Of a stretch of 64,000 nucleotides of DNA, positions 58,561 to 64,000 are shown piece after piece. A program made the position numbers and the translations under genes. The number at the start of each line of letters is the position of its first letter. Position 1 is the stretch's first letter. The stretch covers positions 4,682 through 68,681 of the forward strand of contig JAMPDT010000003.1 of assembly GCA_023665525.1 (NCBI GenBank). Reading direction: 5' to 3'. The DNA comes from Butyrivibrio sp. GTDB lineage: Bacteria > Bacillota > Clostridia > Lachnospirales > Lachnospiraceae. Below the pieces are notes generated by a model that worked only from the letters and a program-made list of their open reading frames with translations, was not told the DNA's origin and searched no databases.

Positions 58561-58598
58561 AGGGCGTACGGAAATTGCAAATCCATACGCCCTGTTTT
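58561..58598 (+). terminator. Probable terminator
   Basis: AGGGCGTA..GGA / TCC..TACGCCCT stem followed by TTTTT. Confidence 0.65.
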
Positions 58599-58726
58599 TA
58601 TATGAAGTAAAATACGATCCGATCCCCGAAAAGGTTTGACGATTGCGGACAGCTTTGTTAAAATTAACTGTGACGGGGCGGTTTTGTTCTGTCGGATTAA
58701 ATAGGATCACGGAGGAAAACAAACAT

Positions 58727-60088
58727 ATGAATCCATATCTTCCCTCTTGGGAGTATATTCCCGACGGAGAGCCGCGCGTGTTTGGGGACCGCGTTTACAT
58801 TTACGGCTCGCACGACAGGGCGGGCAGCAGCAAATTCTGCGATTACGTTTTGAAATGCTGGAGCGCGCCGCTTGACAACCTTAACGACTGGGTGTGCCAC
58901 GGCGATATTTTTCATACGAAAGCCGACAGGGACCATGAGAGCGATACGGACTGGACGGGGGAGAATAACGAGCTTTACGCGCCGGACGTCGTTGAAAAGG
59001 ACGGCAAATACTATCTCTACGCGTATATAGTCAACGCGCCGGGCTGCGTCGCGGTCAGCGACAGACCCGAGGGACCCTTTAAGCTGCTTTCAAAATACAA
59101 GTACACGATGTCCGACGAAATCTGCTGCAACGGCTGGTTCATCGACCCGGGCGTGCTTGTGGACGACGACGGCAGGACTTATATATACTGCGGCTTTGAA
59201 CGCTCCTTTATGGCTGAGATAAACAGCGAAAATATGTATGAGGTTATTGACGGGAGCGAGCTTGAACATATTATCCCGTGTAAGGAGCAAAAGGAGGGCG
59301 GCTTTGACGAGAACGACAGGCTGTTTTTTGAGGCGTGCTCGCCGCGCAAAATCAACGGGATTTATTATCTGATATATTCGCCCAAAAGGGGCAGCAGGCT
59401 GGCTTACGCCACGTCGGATTCCCCGACGGGTCCGTTTGTGTACAGGGGTTGGATCGTTGATAACGGAGTTGACTATCCGGGCGGCAACAATCACGGCTCG
59501 GTGGCGAAGCTTAACGGGCAGTGGTATGTTTTTTATCACAGAACGACCAACGGCACCATTATGTCGAGGAGGGGCTGCGTCGAGCGCATCGAATTTGAGG
59601 CGGATGGGACGATAAAGCCCGTGGAAATGACCTCGCTCGGCTTTGAGGAGTCGCTTTCGCCGTACCGGATCACGCCTGCGGAGGCGGCGTGCGTGCTTAA
59701 GGGCGGCAGCGGCAGTGCCATGGTCACGGAGAAAAATGTTTTTGAACGCGTGGTTTCGGGAATAACCGACGGCACGGTAATAGGATATAAATATTTTGAT
59801 TTCGGAGAGGATTTTTCGAGCAAAACAATGGAATTTGCGGCATATACAAACGGTACGGGCTGCGATTCGAGAATGAGGCTTTTTATCGACGCGGAGGACG
59901 GCGAGGAAATCGGCGAATGCGTTATAGGCAGGGACGGCGGCGTCGCGACGGCGGTCGTCAAAAGCGTGATGGGACGGCACGCGCTGTTTTTTAAGATCGA
60001 AACGGATTATACGGGCTGGACCGCCGATATGTTTGCGGGACGAAATCTTTTCGAGCTGAAAGCATTTGTTTTTATGAAAGATAATTAG
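58727..60088 (+). CDS. GH43 glycoside hydrolase with C-terminal CBM6-like domain
   Basis: YIPDGEP; LYAPD; IDPG; FEA; GNNHG. Confidence 0.88.
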   Translation: MNPYLPSWEYIPDGEPRVFGDRVYIYGSHDRAGSSKFCDYVLKCWSAPLDNLNDWVCHGDIFHTKADRDHESDTDWTGENNELYAPDVVEKDGKYYLYAYIVNAPGCVAVSDRPEGPFKLLSKYKYTMSDEICCNGWFIDPGVLVDDDGRTYIYCGFERSFMAEINSENMYEVIDGSELEHIIPCKEQKEGGFDENDRLFFEACSPRKINGIYYLIYSPKRGSRLAYATSDSPTGPFVYRGWIVDNGVDYPGGNNHGSVAKLNGQWYVFYHRTTNGTIMSRRGCVERIEFEADGTIKPVEMTSLGFEESLSPYRITPAEAACVLKGGSGSAMVTEKNVFERVVSGITDGTVIGYKYFDFGEDFSSKTMEFAAYTNGTGCDSRMRLFIDAEDGEEIGECVIGRDGGVATAVVKSVMGRHALFFKIETDYTGWTADMFAGRNLFELKAFVFMKDN

Positions 60089-60091
60089 GCG

Positions 60092-60865
60092 GTGAGTGCG
60101 CGGGTGCAGACGAGGGAGATTCTTGAACAGCTTAAAAACGGACAGATAAGCGTCGAGGAGGCGGAAAGCTTTTTTAAGCGCGCCCCCTATGAGGAAATGG
60201 GCTTTGCGAAGCTCGACACGCACCGCAGGGTGCGTTCGGGCTTTGCGGAGGTGATTTTCTGTCAGGGCAAAACGGACGGGCATCTGCGGGAAATTTTCGG
60301 CAAAATATACGAGGCTGAGGGAGAGGTTATGGGAACGCGCGCTTCAAGGGAGCAGTACGAAATGCTCTGCGCCGCGTATCCTCCGGCGGTTTACGACGAG
60401 GTATCCCGAATCGTTTCGATTGTCAAGGAAAAGGAGCTTACGGGCAGGATTGCGGTCTGCACCGCGGGAACGGCTGATATTCCCGTTGCGGAGGAGGCGG
60501 CAAGAACCGCGGAGTTTTTCGGCAGCTATGTGGACAGGATATACGACGTGGGCGTGTGCGGGATACACAGGCTTTTGGCGCAGCTTGACAGGCTTTCGGC
60601 AGCAAACTGCGTTGTGGCTGTCGCGGGAATGGAGGGCGCGCTTGCGAGCGTAATAGGCGGTCTTATCGACAAGCCCGTAATCGCCGTTCCGACCTCGGTG
60701 GGGTACGGCGCGAGCTTCGGCGGCGTTTCGGCGCTTCTGACCATGATCAATTCCTGCGCAAACGGGATCGCGGTCGTAAATATAGACAACGGCTTCGGCG
60801 GCGGCTATATTGCCACGCAGATCAACAGAATGGGGGTTCGCAATGGACAAAATACTGTATCTTGA
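60092..60865 (+). CDS. larB: Nickel pincer cofactor biosynthesis protein LarB
   Basis: AGTADIPVAEEA; DVGV.GIHR; VAGMEGAL; AVPTSVGYG; NIDNGFG. Confidence 0.93.
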   Translation: MSARVQTREILEQLKNGQISVEEAESFFKRAPYEEMGFAKLDTHRRVRSGFAEVIFCQGKTDGHLREIFGKIYEAEGEVMGTRASREQYEMLCAAYPPAVYDEVSRIVSIVKEKELTGRIAVCTAGTADIPVAEEAARTAEFFGSYVDRIYDVGVCGIHRLLAQLDRLSAANCVVAVAGMEGALASVIGGLIDKPVIAVPTSVGYGASFGGVSALLTMINSCANGIAVVNIDNGFGGGYIATQINRMGVRNGQNTVS

Positions 60866-62186
60866 ATGCGAGAGCGGAATCAGCGGTGATATGAGCGTCG
60901 CGGCTCTGCTCGATTTGGGCGCCGACGGGGACGCGCTTTTTCGCGCGCTTGACAGCCTGAATATAGAGGGCTTGAGGGTAAGCGTTTCGAGGGTAAGCAA
61001 GAGCGGGCTTGACTGCGCGGATTTCAACGTGCTGACGGGCGCGGACAGCGACGGGCACGACCACGATATGGAGTATCTCTACGGGCACACGCACGGTGCG
61101 TCGGACGGACGTCACGCCGAGGAGGGCGCGCATTCTCACGCCGACGGGCATACTCATACGCACGGAGAACACGGACATTCCCATTCCCACACACACGGGC
61201 ATTCGCACAGAAGCTTTAAGGATATAAAGGCGATAATAGACGGCGCGGATCTTACCGCGGGAGCGAGGGAGCTTTCGCTTAGGATTTTTGACATACTCGC
61301 GGGAGCGGAGGCAAAGGCTCACGGCGTCGGCAAGGACGAGGTGCATTTCCACGAGGTCGGAGCGGCGGATTCCATCGCCGACATAGTGGGCTTTGCGGTC
61401 TGCTATGACAATCTCGGAATAAAAAGAACCGTTATCACGGATATAGCCGAGGGCGGCGGAACGGTGAGGTGCAGGCACGGCATTCTGCCCGTCCCCGTAC
61501 CCGCAGTGGCAAATATCGCCGCCGAGCACGGTCTTAGACTCAAAAAAACAGGAATATCGGGAGAGCTTGTCACGCCGACGGGGGCTGCCATTGCCGCGGC
61601 GGTCAGAACGGACGGCTCGCTGCCCGAAAGCTATATAATTAAGAAAACGGGGCTTGGCGCGGGCAAACGCAGCTATGAGCTTTCGGGCTTTGTGCGCGCA
61701 ATGCTTATAGAGGACGCCTCCGATACCGCAAGGGATGCCGTGTACAGGCTTGAGAGCGACATTGACGACTGCGGCGGCGAGGCGCTTGGCTTTGCGCAGG
61801 AGCTTTTGTACGGCGCGGGCGCGAAAGAGGTGCATTTTACGCCTATTTATATGAAAAAAAACAGACCCGCCTACGAGCTTGTCGTGATATGCGGCGAGGA
61901 GCGCGTAAGGGCTATGGAAGAAATTATTTTTGGCAATACCACGACAATAGGCATAAGGAAAGTGAAAATGGAGCGCGCCGTGCTGGAGCGTGAGCTTATA
62001 AGCGTGAAAACCTCCTTGGGCGAGGCGCAGGTTAAGGTGTGCGGGTTCGGCGGCAGAAAGCTTTTTTATCCCGAATACGAAAGCGCCGCGGCGATATGTA
62101 GGGAGAGAGGGCTTTCGTACTGGGAGGCGTATGAAATCATACAAAGAGAGGCAGCCGTCGAATATAATTCCCGAGAGGGGCAATAA
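60843..62186 (+). CDS. larC: Nickel pincer cofactor biosynthesis protein LarC (His-rich)
   Basis: SGISGDM; His-rich insert; VHFHEVG; ELVTPTGAA; MKKNRP; PEYE. Confidence 0.93.
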   Translation: MDKILYLECESGISGDMSVAALLDLGADGDALFRALDSLNIEGLRVSVSRVSKSGLDCADFNVLTGADSDGHDHDMEYLYGHTHGASDGRHAEEGAHSHADGHTHTHGEHGHSHSHTHGHSHRSFKDIKAIIDGADLTAGARELSLRIFDILAGAEAKAHGVGKDEVHFHEVGAADSIADIVGFAVCYDNLGIKRTVITDIAEGGGTVRCRHGILPVPVPAVANIAAEHGLRLKKTGISGELVTPTGAAIAAAVRTDGSLPESYIIKKTGLGAGKRSYELSGFVRAMLIEDASDTARDAVYRLESDIDDCGGEALGFAQELLYGAGAKEVHFTPIYMKKNRPAYELVVICGEERVRAMEEIIFGNTTTIGIRKVKMERAVLERELISVKTSLGEAQVKVCGFGGRKLFYPEYESAAAICRERGLSYWEAYEIIQREAAVEYNSREGQ

Positions 62187-62212
62187 TCTAAGCGGAAACG
62201 GAGGGAACGCGA

Positions 62213-63073
62213 ATGGTTAAAATTATAGCCGACAGCACCTGCGATTTATCGCGGGACATTATTGAAAAATACGACATAACAATTATTCCGCTCAGCATAA
62301 TTATGGGAGACAAAAGCTATTACGACGGGCTTGACATCACGCCCGAGGAAATCTACAAATGGGCGGACGAGAACCGCACCACGCCCAAAACGGCGGCGGT
62401 GAGCGCGGATATGGTCAGGGATATTCTCGGAAAATTCAAGGAGCGCGAGGTTATCTTTTTCGGGATTTCCTCAAAAATGAGCTCAACCTGCGACGTTGTG
62501 CGCAGCGCCGCTGCCGAGGAGGGCTTTGACAACGTGAAGGTGGTGGATTCGCGGAACCTTTCTACGGGGATAGGGCTTCAGGTTGTCAGAGCGTGCGAGC
62601 TGGCGCGTGCGGGCTGTACGCAGAGCGAAATAATAGAGGCGGTGAGCGGCGAAAGGGATAAGGTAAGCGCGAGCTTTGTCGTGGATACGCTCACTTATCT
62701 TGCGCGCGGCGGACGGTGCGGGCAGGCGACGGCGCTTATAGGCAATATGCTGGGGCTTAAGCCCGAAATCGTCGTTAAGGACGGCGAGATGCACGTCGGG
62801 AAAAAATACCGCGGGACGCTTTCAAAGGTTATTCTTAAGTATGTGAAGGATATGGAACAGGATTTAGTTAATGCCGATCCGAGACTGATTTTCATAACGC
62901 ATTCGGGCTGCAAGCCCGAAATCGTGTCCAAGGTGAGAGAATATCTGGTCGGACTGGGACATTTTACTAATATAGCCGAAACCCGCGCGGGAGGCGTAAT
63001 TTCAAGCCACTGCGGACCGGGGACGCTAGGCGTACTTTATTATCGGGAGGAAAAAAATGAACAGACTTGTTAA
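62213..63073 (+). CDS. DegV family fatty-acid binding protein
   Basis: IIADSTCD; PKTA; ISS.MS; DSRNLS; L.RGGR; HCGPG. Confidence 0.93.
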   Translation: MVKIIADSTCDLSRDIIEKYDITIIPLSIIMGDKSYYDGLDITPEEIYKWADENRTTPKTAAVSADMVRDILGKFKEREVIFFGISSKMSSTCDVVRSAAAEEGFDNVKVVDSRNLSTGIGLQVVRACELARAGCTQSEIIEAVSGERDKVSASFVVDTLTYLARGGRCGQATALIGNMLGLKPEIVVKDGEMHVGKKYRGTLSKVILKYVKDMEQDLVNADPRLIFITHSGCKPEIVSKVREYLVGLGHFTNIAETRAGGVISSHCGPGTLGVLYYREEKNEQTC

Positions 63074-64000
63074 AACACAGCTTACACCCGCCTCGTTTGC
63101 GGTGGATCTGGGTGACGGAAGCGAGAGAGGGCTTTACGTCAATCAGGACTATATCCTGAGAAAGCTCGGAAGACCTCACCGCGCAGTCAATATCATGTAC
63201 TGCTATTATCCGCTTGACAAGGAGTGGCCCGCCCGCGTCAGCGAGGCGTGCAGGGACGCGGATATTTCGTTCCAGTGGGACTATCCCTACGACGATTATT
63301 TTCCGTACAGAGGCGGTATCGACGGCAATACCGAGGGCGAGCCGTTCACCTGCATGAGGGACATAAGAAAGCACGGGCAGGACGTTGTGCTTACCCTTAC
63401 CTGCGACCCCAATGTAAGCGACGAGCACATAATAGCGATTGCAAAGGACCTGAGAAATTACGGACGTATGATGCTGCGCCTTAACCACGAGGCTACGGGC
63501 GACTGGTTTTCCTTTACCAAAAGAACGGATTATCAAGGAGTCGCGGATTTCTTTGTACGCTTTGCGGGCATCGTAAAGGAGTACGCTCCCAATGTTCAGA
63601 CGATTATCTGCATAGGCGCAATCGAGCAGGACGGCGAGCGCATAGAAAAAGAAAAGGAGTTCGCGCAGACCGTGAGAGCCGCCGATATATGGTCGATTGA
63701 CCAGTATCTTTCGTTAAACTGGGGCTGGCCCTACGAGGTCGCGCTTAAGGAAAACAACCAGCACAACCGCAAGGACGTGAAGGCTGTTTACGATATGACA
63801 AAGCGCACCTTCGAGCGCTTTACATACCTTAACGGGGGCGTAAAAAAGCCCATGCTCATATCCGAGTTCAATGCCGACGGCGACGTGACTGGTCCCTTCG
63901 AGCAGTTGGGCGACGTAAAGAAATTCTGCGATTTGATAAAGGCGGATCCCGACAGGTGGCTTTCGGGCTTTACGTTTTACCAGTTCAGGGACGACGGGAG
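63057..64000 (+). CDS. Glycoside hydrolase-like protein, GH26-type fold (partial; runs off the window)
   Basis: Manual translation from ATG 63057: MNRLVKTQL...MMLRLNHEATGDWFSF...; the HE and W motif resembles GH26. Later IWSIDQY and ISEF segments. Confidence 0.6.
   Translation, partial: MNRLVKTQLTPASFAVDLGDGSERGLYVNQDYILRKLGRPHRAVNIMYCYYPLDKEWPARVSEACRDADISFQWDYPYDDYFPYRGGIDGNTEGEPFTCMRDIRKHGQDVVLTLTCDPNVSDEHIIAIAKDLRNYGRMMLRLNHEATGDWFSFTKRTDYQGVADFFVRFAGIVKEYAPNVQTIICIGAIEQDGERIEKEKEFAQTVRAADIWSIDQYLSLNWGWPYEVALKENNQHNRKDVKAVYDMTKRTFERFTYLNGGVKKPMLISEFNADGDVTGPFEQLGDVKKFCDLIKADPDRWLSGFTFYQFRDDG

Noticed and set aside
48563-58628. CGGGATTCGGATCG and its near reverse complement (12/14) as terminal inverted repeats of the AT-rich block
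   Set aside because: Short, does not extend, and there is no transposase or target duplication; a similar ATCGGA motif occurs at ~31055, so chance is plausible.
1-64000. tRNA, rRNA, CRISPR arrays, IS transposases, integrases
   Set aside because: None recognised on either strand by inspection.

Overview
A 64-kb chromosomal segment from a spore-forming gut Clostridia bacterium (Lachnospiraceae/Oscillospiraceae-like, inferred from gene content). Most of it is housekeeping: pheST with a Phe T-box, queA, tgt-yajC, aroB, aroC, asd, glmS, topB, leuB-ilvD-ilvB, larBC, an ABC exporter pair, a MATE, c-di-GMP enzymes and glycoside hydrolases. There are no rRNA, tRNA or CRISPR arrays. The main finding is at the left end. 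The spore-coat operon cotJA-cotJB-cotJC (minus strand) has its cotJC cut after codon ~32 (…SQYGG|), at an att-like dyad. Directly beyond the break lies a phage-type lysis module (holin-like gene plus CHAP endolysin). This suggests a prophage-like element inserted in cotJC that would have to excise to rebuild the gene, as skin does in sigK. Other notable items: a ~1020-aa surface-protein gene frameshifted at a G9 tract (candidate phase variation); an unannotated ~115-nt sRNA candidate with its own promoter and terminator; a PdaA-like deacetylase lacking its catalytic residues; and a visibly more AT-rich block (~48.5-58.5 kb). That block carries an orphan LytTR regulator, a direct-repeat-flanked ATPase/nuclease gene, a mosaic LRR surface protein with LytTR-type boxes upstream, and an SGNH-DUF4358-MBOAT-DHHW O-acylation operon. 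All calls come from motif recognition by eye; no database searches were run.
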